A DNA stretch of 64,000 nucleotides from Candidatus Omnitrophota bacterium (GCA_041651115.1 JBAZJY010000001.1:69165-133164); one strand, 5' to 3'. Counted from the stretch's first letter, positions 9,044 to 18,274 are shown. A program made the numbers and translations. Notes: a model not told the origin generated them from the letters alone.

Positions 9044-9880
9044 ATGGAGCCTATCGGAGAAAGAATAAAAAAAGCGCGCCTGGAAAAAGGCCTTACGCTT
9101 GAGGACGTGCACCGCAAGACCAAGATCCACCTTAACGTGCTTAAGTCCATTGAAGAAGGCAGCCTTGTAAATTTCAACCCCGTATATATAAAAGGTTTTT
9201 TGAAGATCTATTGCAAATTCCTCGGCGTGGAATATTCGGATTCCGGGATCAGCGCTAAAACTACGGCGCCGGTTGCGGCTCGCCCGACGCAGGAAAAACA
9301 TAAGCCGTCTTTGCCGGCTGTTAATGTCCCGCCCCTGTTGACGGAAGCGGTAAAGTTTATCCGCGGCAAGTCAAAGCAGATTTTATTCACCGGACTTATC
9401 ATTATCGCAATAATCGGTTTGTTTAAGTTCGGGAAATTTATTAACCTTAAAATCAGGCAGATGCCTAAGAAGCCTGCTGCAGTCAAGCCGGTCCAGCGCC
9501 AGCCGTTAAAGCAGGAGAAGAAAAAAGAAACAACAGCCGCAAAACCGGCAAAAGCTGAAAAGCCGGCTGCCGCGGCGGCGGCAGCGCCTAAGCCGCAAAA
9601 GCCTGAAGATAACGCGGCTGCGGGAATAAGGTTGGGTATCCGCGCTAAAGAAGATTGCTGGACCCAGGTAAAGATTGATGGAAAAACCGTCTTCCAAAGC
9701 ATTTTGAAAAAAGGAAGATTTGAGAATTGGCAGGCAAAGAATAAGATCGAGCTTTCGCTGGGCAATGCCGGCGTTGTGGAGCTGGAGGTGAACGGCAAAT
9801 TTATTTCCAGCCTCGGCCGCCGCGGCCAGTCAGTGAAAAACATCCTGATCACCAAAGACGGCTTAACTACACCCAGATAA
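9044..9880 (+). CDS. rodZ: RodZ-like cytoskeleton protein (XRE HTH, TM helix, low-complexity linker, C-terminal RodZ/DUF4115 domain)
   Basis: An N-terminal HTH (LTLEDVHRKTKIHLNVLKSIEEG), a TM segment, an Ala/Pro/Lys-rich linker, and a conserved C-terminal domain. Confidence 0.7.
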   Translation: MEPIGERIKKARLEKGLTLEDVHRKTKIHLNVLKSIEEGSLVNFNPVYIKGFLKIYCKFLGVEYSDSGISAKTTAPVAARPTQEKHKPSLPAVNVPPLLTEAVKFIRGKSKQILFTGLIIIAIIGLFKFGKFINLKIRQMPKKPAAVKPVQRQPLKQEKKKETTAAKPAKAEKPAAAAAAAPKPQKPEDNAAAGIRLGIRAKEDCWTQVKIDGKTVFQSILKKGRFENWQAKNKIELSLGNAGVVELEVNGKFISSLGRRGQSVKNILITKDGLTTPR

Positions 9881-9885
9881 GCCAT

Positions 9886-11130
9886 ATGTATAAAATAGGT
9901 ATACTGAATCTGGGTTGCCCGCGTAATTTGGTAGACGCGGAAAACATCCTCGGACGGTTAAAGCGCAAAGGTTACCGGATCGTGGATATGGAAAAGGCCG
10001 ATGTGGCGATTGTTAATACCTGCGCTTTTATTGAAGAGGCCAAGCAGGAATCGATCAACGCCATACTTGACTTGGCAGGGCTTAAAAAAGAAGGCAGGCT
10101 TAAGAAAATAATCGTTGCCGGATGCCTTTCCCAGCGCTACCGGGATGAATTAAGAAAAGAGCTGCCGGAAGTAGACGCCTTTACCGGGGCAGCTGCTTTA
10201 AATCACGGCTTGAGCCGATTTGCGATCACGCCCCGGCATTACGCGTATCTGAAGATCTGCGAAAGCTGCCTGAATAATTGCAGTTATTGCGTTATACCTA
10301 AAATAAAAGGCAGGTTTTCAAGCCTTGACATTGATGCGGTATTAAAACGCGTGGAAATGCTCCGGGATTCCGGGATATCGGAGCTTAATATTATTGGCCA
10401 GGATATTACCGCTTACGGCGCGGATATTTACGGCCGAAAGATGCTGCCGGAGCTTTTGCGGCGCATCGTGAAAAAAGCAAAGCGCATCGGCTGGATCAGG
10501 CTGCTTTATTTATACCCTGACAGCATAGTGAATGAATTGCTTGAAATCATTGCCGCTGAGCCAAAGGTTTGCAAGTATATCGATCTGCCTGTGCAGCATA
10601 TAAACGACAGGATATTGAAATTGATGCACCGGCGTCCGGCTAAGAAAGATATTCTCGGCCTGATCGATAAAATAAGGAAGAAGATCCCGGCTGCTGCGAT
10701 CAGGACGTCTGTAATCGTGGGTTTTCCCTCGGAAACAGAGGAAGAGTTTGCAGGGTTATTGGAATTCATAAACGATGTCAAGTTCGACCGGCTTGGCGCG
10801 TTTACTTATTCGCGGGAGGAAGGCACGCCGGCATATGATTTTAGCGGCCAGATTCCGGAAAAAGTGAAACTCGAGCGTTTCAACCGGATCATGTCTGCGC
10901 AGAAGCTTGTTTCCGAGGAGAACAACCGGAAATTCCTGGGGAAAACGCTCGTCTGCCTGATTGATGAAAAAGCCAAGGGGCATTACTTGGCAAGAAGCCA
11001 ATATGACGCGCCGGAAGTTGACGGCACGGTCTACGTAAAATCTTCGCGCAGGCTTAAAGCCGGCGAATTCGTAAAAGTAAAGATCACCGATACGTTAGAT
11101 TACGATTTAGTAGGAGAGGATGTCAAATGA
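9886..11130 (+). CDS. rimO: Ribosomal protein S12 methylthiotransferase
   Basis: The N-terminal MTTase domain (IGILNLGCPRNLVDAE), a radical-SAM CxxxCxxC motif (CESCLNNCSYC), and a C-terminal TRAM domain. Confidence 0.85.
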   Translation: MYKIGILNLGCPRNLVDAENILGRLKRKGYRIVDMEKADVAIVNTCAFIEEAKQESINAILDLAGLKKEGRLKKIIVAGCLSQRYRDELRKELPEVDAFTGAAALNHGLSRFAITPRHYAYLKICESCLNNCSYCVIPKIKGRFSSLDIDAVLKRVEMLRDSGISELNIIGQDITAYGADIYGRKMLPELLRRIVKKAKRIGWIRLLYLYPDSIVNELLEIIAAEPKVCKYIDLPVQHINDRILKLMHRRPAKKDILGLIDKIRKKIPAAAIRTSVIVGFPSETEEEFAGLLEFINDVKFDRLGAFTYSREEGTPAYDFSGQIPEKVKLERFNRIMSAQKLVSEENNRKFLGKTLVCLIDEKAKGHYLARSQYDAPEVDGTVYVKSSRRLKAGEFVKVKITDTLDYDLVGEDVK

Positions 11131-11705
11131 ACATTGCTAATCGGCTTACGATGCTCAGGATCGCCTTAACTTTTGTCTTCATGTTTTTTATTTTCTGCAA
11201 CGGGCTTTGGGCAAAGGTCAGCGCCTTGCTCGTATTTATTTTCGCGGCGCTTTCCGATTTCTTAGACGGCTGGCTTGCCCACAAAAAGAACATGGTCACT
11301 GATTTCGGCAAACTGATGGACCCCATAGCAGATAAGATCCTCGTGCTTGCCGCGTTCTCCGCGTTCGTGCAAATGGGTTTGATCGAGGCGTGGATGATCG
11401 TGATCATCATTTCCCGCGAGCTGCTGATCACTTCCCTGCGGCTTTTTGCCCTTAATAAAGGTAAGGTGCTTTCTGCTGCCAAGGCAGGCAAGCATAAAAC
11501 CGTATCGCAGATGGCGGTGATTTTTCTTATATTGAGCTTTGTAGTCTTTAAGGAGGCAATGCTTACTTTCTCTACCTGGAACCCGGCATGGGAAAGTTTG
11601 TTCAGCCAGGGCATCTACATCCTTATGCTGATTACTGTTGCGCTCACTCTTTATTCCGGGCTTTCTTACCTCTGGGATAACCGTAAGATCATCGCCAAGT
11701 TATAA
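11127..11705 (+). CDS. pgsA: CDP-diacylglycerol--glycerol-3-phosphate 3-phosphatidyltransferase
   Basis: The CDP-alcohol phosphatidyltransferase motif (DGWLAHKKN...G...DPIADK) in a multi-pass membrane protein. Confidence 0.85.
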   Translation: MNIANRLTMLRIALTFVFMFFIFCNGLWAKVSALLVFIFAALSDFLDGWLAHKKNMVTDFGKLMDPIADKILVLAAFSAFVQMGLIEAWMIVIIISRELLITSLRLFALNKGKVLSAAKAGKHKTVSQMAVIFLILSFVVFKEAMLTFSTWNPAWESLFSQGIYILMLITVALTLYSGLSYLWDNRKIIAKL

Positions 11706-11709
11706 GTAA

Positions 11710-12165
11710 ATGAAGCCTTCCGATTTTCTTACCCGTATCACCGCAACTTTTTTTTATGTCGGGTACCTGCCGTTTGTGCCGGGCACGTTCGGAAGCATTG
11801 CCGGCCTCGCCCTGTATTTTTTCTTAAAGGCTGACATTATCCTGTATCTATCTGTTTTGCTGTTGATCGTGTTTTTAGGATTTATTTCCTGCGGCCGGGC
11901 GGAAAAAACTTTTGGGATAAGGGACCCGAAATATGCCGTGATCGATGAAGTAGCGGGGATGTTGATCAGCCTTGCATTTCTGCCTTATGATATCAAGTGG
12001 GTAGTCAGCGGATTTCTATTATTCCGGCTTATCGATACCATTAAGCCGTTTCCGGCAAACCGCTTTCAAAGGATGCACGGGAGCCTGGGCATAATGGGGG
12101 ATGATATTGTAGCCGGCATTTATTCTAATATCGTGCTTCAGGTTGTTTTAAGGCTTGCTTCATAG
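11710..12165 (+). CDS. pgpA: Phosphatidylglycerophosphatase A
   Basis: The PgpA signature (GYLPFVPGTFGS) in a membrane protein. It is adjacent to pgsA. Confidence 0.8.
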   Translation: MKPSDFLTRITATFFYVGYLPFVPGTFGSIAGLALYFFLKADIILYLSVLLLIVFLGFISCGRAEKTFGIRDPKYAVIDEVAGMLISLAFLPYDIKWVVSGFLLFRLIDTIKPFPANRFQRMHGSLGIMGDDIVAGIYSNIVLQVVLRLAS

Positions 12166-12710
12166 ACGGCCTCGTAAACCGGGCCTTTAGGAGAGAGTGA
12201 GCTTTTAAAGAGGGTGATCTTTCCTGCCTGTAATCGCAGGCATTCATTTTTTAATTCCGCGCTTATTTTTTCAATTCCTTCCGTAAGTTTTAACCTGTTG
12301 CGCCCCGATCTTACCCTGGCGATAGTTATGTGACAGGCGAATTCCCTGTCTTCTTTGGGGATCCCGATCTTTTCCAGTCTTTCTTCCAGGCTTTTGGCGA
12401 TTTTTACGGTTTCCGCGCTGCCAGCGTCAGCTCCTACCCAGACTATGCGCGGGTATTTTATGTCCGGGAACGCGCCGGCAGAAGAGAGCTGCATGGAGAA
12501 TGCCGCGTTTTCTTCCGCGGTATCTTTGATCGCCGCAACCGCTGATTCTTTTGTTTTTTCGTCGATCTCTCCGAGGAATTTTAAGGTAATGTGGATATTG
12601 GCAGGCTCAACCCATTTTGCGTCCGCGCCGGAGGTTTTTAATTGTTCTTCAATCCGGCCAAGGCGGGTTTTGACCTCTTTTGGCATGTCAATGGCGATGA
12701 AGGCTCGCAT
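12138..12710 (-). CDS. thpR: RNA 2',3'-cyclic phosphodiesterase (2'-5' RNA ligase family)
   Basis: Two H-x-T-x motifs (HITLKFLG and CHITIARV) in a 190-aa product. Confidence 0.8.
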   Translation of the reverse strand: MRAFIAIDMPKEVKTRLGRIEEQLKTSGADAKWVEPANIHITLKFLGEIDEKTKESAVAAIKDTAEENAAFSMQLSSAGAFPDIKYPRIVWVGADAGSAETVKIAKSLEERLEKIGIPKEDREFACHITIARVRSGRNRLKLTEGIEKISAELKNECLRLQAGKITLFKSSLSPKGPVYEAVYEASLKTT

Positions 12711-13170
12711 ATAACAATTCTAATGAATTTAACGTTGCCAGTTTTCTTACTGCCTGGCGGTTTCCTTTGAAGCGTAATTTTTTACAGATCCCGAAATCGC
12801 GGTCTTTGATGGCGATAAATACGGTTCCTACGGGCTTACCGGGCGCAGCGCCTGTTGGCCCGGCTATGCCGGTAATTCCGATTCCGATATCGGAGCCGGC
12901 CAGTTTTTTTACCGAACCAGCCATCATTATGGCGGTTTCTTTTGATACTGCACCATACTTTTTGATTACGGGCGCAGGTATCTTTAAAATCTTATTTTTG
13001 GCTTTATTGCTGTATGCGGCGACCCCAAGGAGAAAATATTTTGAGCTTCCCGGGGTGCGGGTGAGGGATTCAGAGAGCATGCCACCGGTACAGGATTCAG
13101 CCGCGGAAATAGTCCTCTTTTTCTGTATCAATAAGCCATGTATTTGTTTTATTAAGCGTTCCATGACCAC
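12688..13170 (-). CDS. CinA C-terminal domain protein (nicotinamide-nucleotide amidohydrolase PncC-like)
   Basis: The AESCTGGML motif is typical of the CinA C-terminal domain. Stand-alone, 160 aa. Confidence 0.8.
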   Translation of the reverse strand: MVMERLIKQIHGLLIQKKRTISAAESCTGGMLSESLTRTPGSSKYFLLGVAAYSNKAKNKILKIPAPVIKKYGAVSKETAIMMAGSVKKLAGSDIGIGITGIAGPTGAAPGKPVGTVFIAIKDRDFGICKKLRFKGNRQAVRKLATLNSLELLYASLHRH

Positions 13171-13192
13171 ATTATAAACGGCTTTTATGGTA

Positions 13193-13220
13193 TTGACAAG
13201 CAGCAGTTTTGTGGTATACT
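13193..13220 (+). promoter_or_regulatory. Sigma70 promoter (TTGACA-16-TATACT) driving the FMN riboswitch and rib operon
   Basis: A perfect -35 hexamer at 13193-13198 and TATACT at 13215-13220. Confidence 0.65.
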
Positions 13221-13227
13221 TAAAAAC

Positions 13228-13345
13228 AATCTTCAGGGCAAGGTGAAATTCCTGACCGGCGGATAATGCCCGCGAGTCCCCTATAGGGGACAGATCCGGA
13301 GAGTTTCCGGAGCCGATAGCTATAGTCTAGATGGAAGAAGATAAA
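13228..13345 (+). promoter_or_regulatory. FMN riboswitch (RFN element) aptamer
   Basis: Matches the conserved RFN core (CTTCAGGGCAAGGTGAAATTCCTGACCGGCGG ... GATCCGGAGAGTTTCCGGAGCCGATAGCTATAGTCTAGATGGAAGAAGAT) and lies immediately 5' of ribBA. Confidence 0.85.
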
Positions 13346-13359
13346 AAATATTCATTTAT

Positions 13360-13393
13360 GCCCGAAGAGTCTGTCTTCGGGCATCAGTATTTT
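13360..13393 (+). terminator. Riboswitch expression-platform hairpin or attenuator candidate
   Basis: A 9-bp stem (GCCCGAAGA ... TCTTCGGGC) is followed by a U-rich tract ATCAGTATTTTA, just before the ribBA RBS. Confidence 0.45.
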
Positions 13394-13407
13394 ATAGGGG
13401 GTTTTAG

Positions 13408-14607
13408 ATGGTATTTAACACCATTCCTGAAATATTAGAAGACCTGAAAAACGGCAAGATGGTTATTGTTGTTGATGATGCTGACCGGGAAAACGAGGGC
13501 GACCTGGTGATGCCTGCGTCTTTTGCCCGGGCAGAAGACATAAATTTTATGGCTAAGTTCGGCCGCGGCCTGATTTGCGTGCCTATGGAAGAAGAGAGGC
13601 TTGAGGCCCTTGATTTACAGTCAATGCTTGATGAGAAAGGCAGGGATCCTTTTTCCACTGCCTGGGTGATCTCGGTTGATGCGGCAAGCGGCATTACTAC
13701 CGGAATTTCAGCTTATGACCGGGCGCATACGATCGGCGTATTGATAAATCCCCAAAGTAAGCCGGAAAACCTGATTCGGCCGGGGCATGTGTTTCCTTTA
13801 AAAGCGCGCAAGGGCGGAGTATTGGTAAGGGCAGGCCATACCGAAGCAGCCGTGGACATGATGAAGTTGTCCGGTTTATACCCGGCAGGAGTGATCTGTG
13901 AGATTATGAATGAAGACGGCACAATGGCAAGGCTGCCTCAACTCATTGAATTTTCCCGCCGGCATAAACTTAAAATTTGTTCTATTGAAGACCTGATCGG
14001 GTTTCGCCGCCGCTCTGAAAAATTCGTGGAAAAATTATCCGAAACAGTCCTTCCTACGGACAGCGGCACGTTCAGGCTGATCCTATATAAAGACCTTACC
14101 AATGACCAGGAGCACGTTGTCCTGGCTATGGGAGATCTAAGCGGAGAAGGCGTGCTTGTGCGCGTGCATTCGGAATGCCTTACCGGAGACGTATTCGGTT
14201 CGCTGCGCTGTGACTGCGGCAGGCAATTGAAAAAAGCGATGCAAATGATAGAAAAAGAAGGCAAAGGAGTGATCCTTTATATGAATCAGGAAGGCTGCGG
14301 CATCGGGCTGGCGGATAAGATTAAGGCATATGCGCTTCAAGACGGCGGGCTTGATACGGTTGAGGCCAATGAAGCGTTGGGTTATAAGCCGGACTTGAGG
14401 GATTACGGCATAGGCGCCCAGATACTTGTGGACCTCGGCTTAAAAAATATCCGGCTCCTGACAAATAATCCGCGTAAGATCATCGGGCTTGAGGGCTATG
14501 GCCTGAAAGTTGTAGAACGGATGGCGCTGGAAATAGAGCCAAATCCGTCAAATTATAATTATCTAAGGACAAAGAAGGAGAAATTGGGGCATCAGTTAAA
14601 GATATAG
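13408..14607 (+). CDS. ribBA: Bifunctional 3,4-dihydroxy-2-butanone-4-phosphate synthase / GTP cyclohydrolase II
   Basis: A DHBP synthase N-terminal half (VVDDADRENEGDLV) and a GTP cyclohydrolase II C-terminal half (CDCGRQL zinc site). Confidence 0.9.
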   Translation: MVFNTIPEILEDLKNGKMVIVVDDADRENEGDLVMPASFARAEDINFMAKFGRGLICVPMEEERLEALDLQSMLDEKGRDPFSTAWVISVDAASGITTGISAYDRAHTIGVLINPQSKPENLIRPGHVFPLKARKGGVLVRAGHTEAAVDMMKLSGLYPAGVICEIMNEDGTMARLPQLIEFSRRHKLKICSIEDLIGFRRRSEKFVEKLSETVLPTDSGTFRLILYKDLTNDQEHVVLAMGDLSGEGVLVRVHSECLTGDVFGSLRCDCGRQLKKAMQMIEKEGKGVILYMNQEGCGIGLADKIKAYALQDGGLDTVEANEALGYKPDLRDYGIGAQILVDLGLKNIRLLTNNPRKIIGLEGYGLKVVERMALEIEPNPSNYNYLRTKKEKLGHQLKI

Positions 14608-14679
14608 GGACGGTTCTCAGCCAAGGAGAAAAATGTCCCCGAATGGGGACACTTTTCCCTTGGACTGAGAACCGTCCCT
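14606..14679. repeat. 74-bp near-palindromic repeat element, copy 1 (intra-operonic, between ribBA and ribH)
   Basis: AGGGACGGTTCTCAGCCAAGGAGAAAAATGTCCCC GAAT GGGGACACTTTTCCCTTGGACTGAGAACCGTCCCT. An identical 74-bp copy is at 47575-47648. Confidence 0.85.
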
Positions 14680-14695
14680 AAAGAGGGAGGACAAA

Positions 14696-15163
14696 ATGGT
14701 TAAGACCATCGAAGGTAACTTTATTGCAAAGGGTAAGAAGTTCGGGATTGTTGCTTCGCGTTTTAATGATTTTATCACCAAGGAACTTGTTTCCGGATGC
14801 GTAGATACGTTGGTCAGGCATGGAGCAGACGAATCTGACATCACGCTTACCTGGGTGCCGGGCGCGTTTGAAATACCCGCGGTTGCCGCGAAGATGTCCA
14901 AAGGGAAATCCTATAATGCTCTTATCTGCCTCGGCACGGTGATCCGCGGTTCAACGCCTCATTTTGATTATATCGCGGCGGAAGTTTCCAAAGGCGTGGC
15001 AAAGGTTTCGCAGGAATCGGCGCTGCCGGTCATTCTCGGGGTAATTACCGCGGATACCATTGAGCAGGCTGTAGAGCGCGCCGGGACAAAAGAAGGCAAC
15101 AAAGGCAGCGATGCCGCGTTAAGCGCCATTGAAATGGCCAATTTATTTGAAAAACTAAAGTAA
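14696..15163 (+). CDS. ribH: 6,7-dimethyl-8-ribityllumazine synthase
   Basis: The lumazine synthase signature ([13 protein letters not shown]...GAFEIP) is present. Confidence 0.9.
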   Translation: MVKTIEGNFIAKGKKFGIVASRFNDFITKELVSGCVDTLVRHGADESDITLTWVPGAFEIPAVAAKMSKGKSYNALICLGTVIRGSTPHFDYIAAEVSKGVAKVSQESALPVILGVITADTIEQAVERAGTKEGNKGSDAALSAIEMANLFEKLK

Positions 15164-15165
15164 TC

Positions 15166-15576
15166 ATGCGTAAACGCACACAGGCAAGGATATTTGCTAT
15201 ACAAATCCTTTACCAGATTGATATCACCGGCGATAACCGCAGGGACAGCATTGGTAATTTCTGGCGCGCTATGGATGAGCAAACCGATGTTCAGGTAAAG
15301 GAATTTACCGGAGAGCTGGTTAACGGCACGCTGGAAAATATTGAAGCAATAGACAAAAAGATCGCTGAATACGCGGCTAACTGGCAGATTAAGCGCATGG
15401 CCGTGATCGACAGGAACGTGCTGCGCTTGAGTTGCTATGAGCTGCTTTTCCGGAAAGATATCCCGCCAAAGGTTTCTATCAACGAAGCAGTTGACCTTGC
15501 CAAGAAGTATTCCGGCCCGGAAGCAGGCAAATTCGTCAACGGCATACTGGACAAAATAAAATCAGAAAAGGAATAG
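15166..15576 (+). CDS. nusB: Transcription antitermination factor NusB
   Basis: NusB family (ARIFAIQILYQID), 136 aa. It follows ribH, as in many bacteria. Confidence 0.85.
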   Translation: MRKRTQARIFAIQILYQIDITGDNRRDSIGNFWRAMDEQTDVQVKEFTGELVNGTLENIEAIDKKIAEYAANWQIKRMAVIDRNVLRLSCYELLFRKDIPPKVSINEAVDLAKKYSGPEAGKFVNGILDKIKSEKE

Positions 15577-15579
15577 GCC

Positions 15580-16401
15580 ATGGCTTTTGCCGACCTGCAT
15601 CTACATACCGTTTTTTCCGACGGTACTTATACTCCCGCAGAGCTTGTCCAGCGGGCAGCAAAAAATGGCCTTGCGGCGATCGCGGTTGTTGACCACGATA
15701 CTGTCGGGGGCATTGAGCTGTCCATTGAAGCCGGCAAGGCAAGCGATTTAGAAGTATTGCCAGGCATAGAATTAAGTACCGAACTTGAGGATAAAGAGAT
15801 CCATATCCTCGGCTATCTGATTGATTACAAATCCCCGCTGTTACTTGAGAAACTGGATTTCTTAAAACGCTGCCGCATTGAACGTGTCTATAAGATCACC
15901 GATAAATTAAAAGAAATCGGGATTGACCTAAAACCTGAAGCGGTTTTTGATATTGCCAAAGAAGGCGTGCCCGGCAGGCTGCATATTGCGCGGGCAATGG
16001 TAAAACAGAAGATCATCCGCTCAACCTTTGAAGCATTTCAAAAATATATCGGCGATAACTGCCCTGCCTATGTTTCAGGTTTTAAGCTTTCTCCTTCCGA
16101 AGGCATCCAGTTAATCAAAGCTGCTAAAGGCGTTCCCGTGCTTGCCCATCCCTATAGCTTAAATCAAGATGAACTTATACCGCAGCTTGTAAGCTACGGC
16201 TTGATGGGGCTGGAAGTGTATTATCCCGAGCACAGCCAGTCAATGGTCAATTATTATCTGGACTTAGCGCAAAAAAACGGATTATTGGCCACCGGCGGCT
16301 CGGATTGCCACGGCAGCGCAAAACCGGATATCCGGATCGGTCTGGTAAAAATACCCTATGAGCTGGTGGAGAAATTAAAACAGGCAAAAGAACGGCTATG
16401 A
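15580..16401 (+). CDS. PHP-domain phosphoesterase (TrpH/YciV-like)
   Basis: A PHP domain N-terminus (DLHLHTVFSDG ... VVDHDT) with C-terminal His/Asp metal ligands. Confidence 0.75.
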   Translation: MAFADLHLHTVFSDGTYTPAELVQRAAKNGLAAIAVVDHDTVGGIELSIEAGKASDLEVLPGIELSTELEDKEIHILGYLIDYKSPLLLEKLDFLKRCRIERVYKITDKLKEIGIDLKPEAVFDIAKEGVPGRLHIARAMVKQKIIRSTFEAFQKYIGDNCPAYVSGFKLSPSEGIQLIKAAKGVPVLAHPYSLNQDELIPQLVSYGLMGLEVYYPEHSQSMVNYYLDLAQKNGLLATGGSDCHGSAKPDIRIGLVKIPYELVEKLKQAKERL

Positions 16402-17489
16402 AAAAAGACCGCTTATATTTTATGGATCTGGCAATGAAGCTTGCGCTGCGGGCAAAAGGCCGCACGTCGCCCAATCCTTTAGTCGGCGCGGTCATTGTCA
16501 AGGGCGGAAAAATAGTAGGCAAGGGTTATCATAAGAAAGCCGGTTCTGAGCACGCGGAGATCGTTGCCTTGAATCAGGCAGGAGAGAGGGCAAGGGGCGC
16601 TACTTTATATGTCACGCTTGAGCCTTGCGCGCATTTCGGCAGGACGCCGCCATGCGTAAACAGGATAATTAAAAGCGGCATAAAAGAAGTGATCATAGGC
16701 ATGGCTGACCCTAATCCGGTAAATAACGGAAAGGGCATTGGGCTGCTGCGTAAGCAGGGGATAAAATTAAGCGTGGGCCTGCTTGAGCCGGAATTAAAAC
16801 GAATGAATGAAGTCTTCATAAAATATATTACCAAGAGGATGCCGTTTGTAACTGTCAAGGCTGCCGAGTCTCTGGACGGCAGGATCGCCGCAAAGACCGG
16901 CGATTCCAAATGGATAACTTCCGATAAGTCGCGGCAGCGCAGCCATCGCCTGCGCTGCGATTACGACGCGATAATGGTGGGGATTAACACGGTATTAAGG
17001 GACAATCCGAAATTAGACGCCTGGTTTTCCCGCAAAGAGCCGGTAAAGATCGTAGTTGATACGCAGCTAAGTACTCCCAGCAACGCGAATATTTTTATGA
17101 AAGGGCAGACAGTGATTGTTACTTTACCGGCTAAATCCGGGCAGGAGACCGAGAACCGGGCTATATTGGCGCACAAGGCCAAAATACTTGAGGTCAAAGA
17201 AAAAGACGGGCAGATAAACCTTAAGGATATGATGAAAAAGCTGGCAGCTATGGAGATCACCAATATCCTGGTTGAAGGCGGCGGCACGCTTAACGGCGCG
17301 TTATTTGACGAAGGCCTGGTAGACCGGGTGATGTTTTTTATCAGCCCGAAGATCATCGGCGGCAAAGACGCCATTAGTTCGGTCATGGGCCGGGGCATCA
17401 GCCGGGTGGATAAGGCAATAAAGCTTAAGGAAGTAAAATTATCGCGCGTTGGCGAAGATTTTTTGATTGAAGGAAAATGTTCCTACTAA
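16398..17489 (+). CDS. ribD: Bifunctional diaminohydroxyphosphoribosylaminopyrimidine deaminase / 5-amino-6-(5-phosphoribosylamino)uracil reductase
   Basis: The CMP/dCMP deaminase zinc motif (HAEIVAL ... EPCAHFGRTPPC) plus a C-terminal RibD reductase domain. Confidence 0.9.
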   Translation: MKKDRLYFMDLAMKLALRAKGRTSPNPLVGAVIVKGGKIVGKGYHKKAGSEHAEIVALNQAGERARGATLYVTLEPCAHFGRTPPCVNRIIKSGIKEVIIGMADPNPVNNGKGIGLLRKQGIKLSVGLLEPELKRMNEVFIKYITKRMPFVTVKAAESLDGRIAAKTGDSKWITSDKSRQRSHRLRCDYDAIMVGINTVLRDNPKLDAWFSRKEPVKIVVDTQLSTPSNANIFMKGQTVIVTLPAKSGQETENRAILAHKAKILEVKEKDGQINLKDMMKKLAAMEITNILVEGGGTLNGALFDEGLVDRVMFFISPKIIGGKDAISSVMGRGISRVDKAIKLKEVKLSRVGEDFLIEGKCSY

Positions 17490-17500
17490 TCCATTCATAA

Positions 17501-18070
17501 ATGTTTACCGGGATAATCGAGGATCTGGGTGAAGTAAAAAAACTGTCGCGCAAGGGCAGGGTTACTTTAATTGAGGTCGGGATAAAGGCAGCTGGTTTTA
17601 CCGACGATGTCAAGCCCGGCGACAGCATCGCGGTTAACGGCGCCTGCCTGACAGCGGTAGATAAAAAATCCGGCCTTTTAAGCTTTGAAGCAATGCCGGA
17701 AACTTTAAGCCTTACTAATCTCGGCGCTTTAAAAATAAGAGATAAGGTTAACCTTGAGCGGGCATTAAAGCTCGGCGACCGGGTTTCCGGGCATTTTGTC
17801 AGCGGTCACGTGGACTGCATGGGCGTTATCCGCAGTAAAAGGTATTCCGGCGGGAATCTGGCTTTTGAGATCAGCGTGCCGGTCAAATTCATGAAAGACG
17901 TTCAGCCTAAGGGTTCGGTAGCCATTGACGGCATCAGCTTGACGGTCGTGGATAAGAAAGCCAATTCTTTTACCGTTTACCTGATCCCGCATACGCTTGA
18001 ACATACCACCCTTAAATTCAAAGGCCCTTCAGCCAAAGTCAACGTTGAATTCGATCTCCTTAATAAGTAG
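17501..18070 (+). CDS. ribE: Riboflavin synthase alpha subunit
   Basis: MFTGIIEDLG with duplicated lumazine-binding halves. 189 aa. Confidence 0.85.
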   Translation: MFTGIIEDLGEVKKLSRKGRVTLIEVGIKAAGFTDDVKPGDSIAVNGACLTAVDKKSGLLSFEAMPETLSLTNLGALKIRDKVNLERALKLGDRVSGHFVSGHVDCMGVIRSKRYSGGNLAFEISVPVKFMKDVQPKGSVAIDGISLTVVDKKANSFTVYLIPHTLEHTTLKFKGPSAKVNVEFDLLNK

Positions 18071-18082
18071 GCCCTGTCCCTA

Positions 18083-18110
18083 TTTACAACCCTGTATTTT
18101 CTGATATACT
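18083..18110 (+). promoter_or_regulatory. Candidate promoter (TTTACA-16-TATACT) for the repeat and tRNA-Pro transcript
   Basis: Hexamers at 18083-18088 and 18105-18110, upstream of the repeat array. Confidence 0.35.
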
Positions 18111-18128
18111 AATAGCTTAACATTAGAT

Positions 18129-18274
18129 GATTTCGCCACTTGACGATAAGATAGCGGGGCGTGGCTCATCCCCGCAAAAAGCAGCGAGGATTTCGCCACT
18201 TGACGATAAGATAGCGGGGCGTGGCTCATCCCCGCAAAAAGCAGCGAGGATTTCGCCACTTGACGATAAGATAG
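18129..18274 (+). repeat. Tandem 60-bp direct repeats (2 full units plus a partial third), each carrying the first 14 nt of the downstream tRNA-Pro
   Basis: Unit GATTTCGCCACTTGACGATAAGATAGCGGGGCGTGGCTCATCCCCGCAAAAAGCAGCGAG is at 18129-18188 and 18189-18248. A third copy runs into the genuine tRNA at 18275. Each unit holds a GCGGGG/CCCCGC hairpin. Confidence 0.85.

Noticed and set aside
9208-9885. 225-aa minus-strand ORF rich in Ala, Gly and Phe
   Set aside because: It is antisense to rodZ across its low-complexity Ala/Pro/Lys linker. Low-complexity coding regions routinely create open antisense frames.
18129-18274. Possible CRISPR array (regularly spaced direct repeats)
   Set aside because: The repeats are contiguous 60-bp units with no intervening unique spacers, and each unit duplicates part of the adjacent tRNA. 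No cas genes are nearby.
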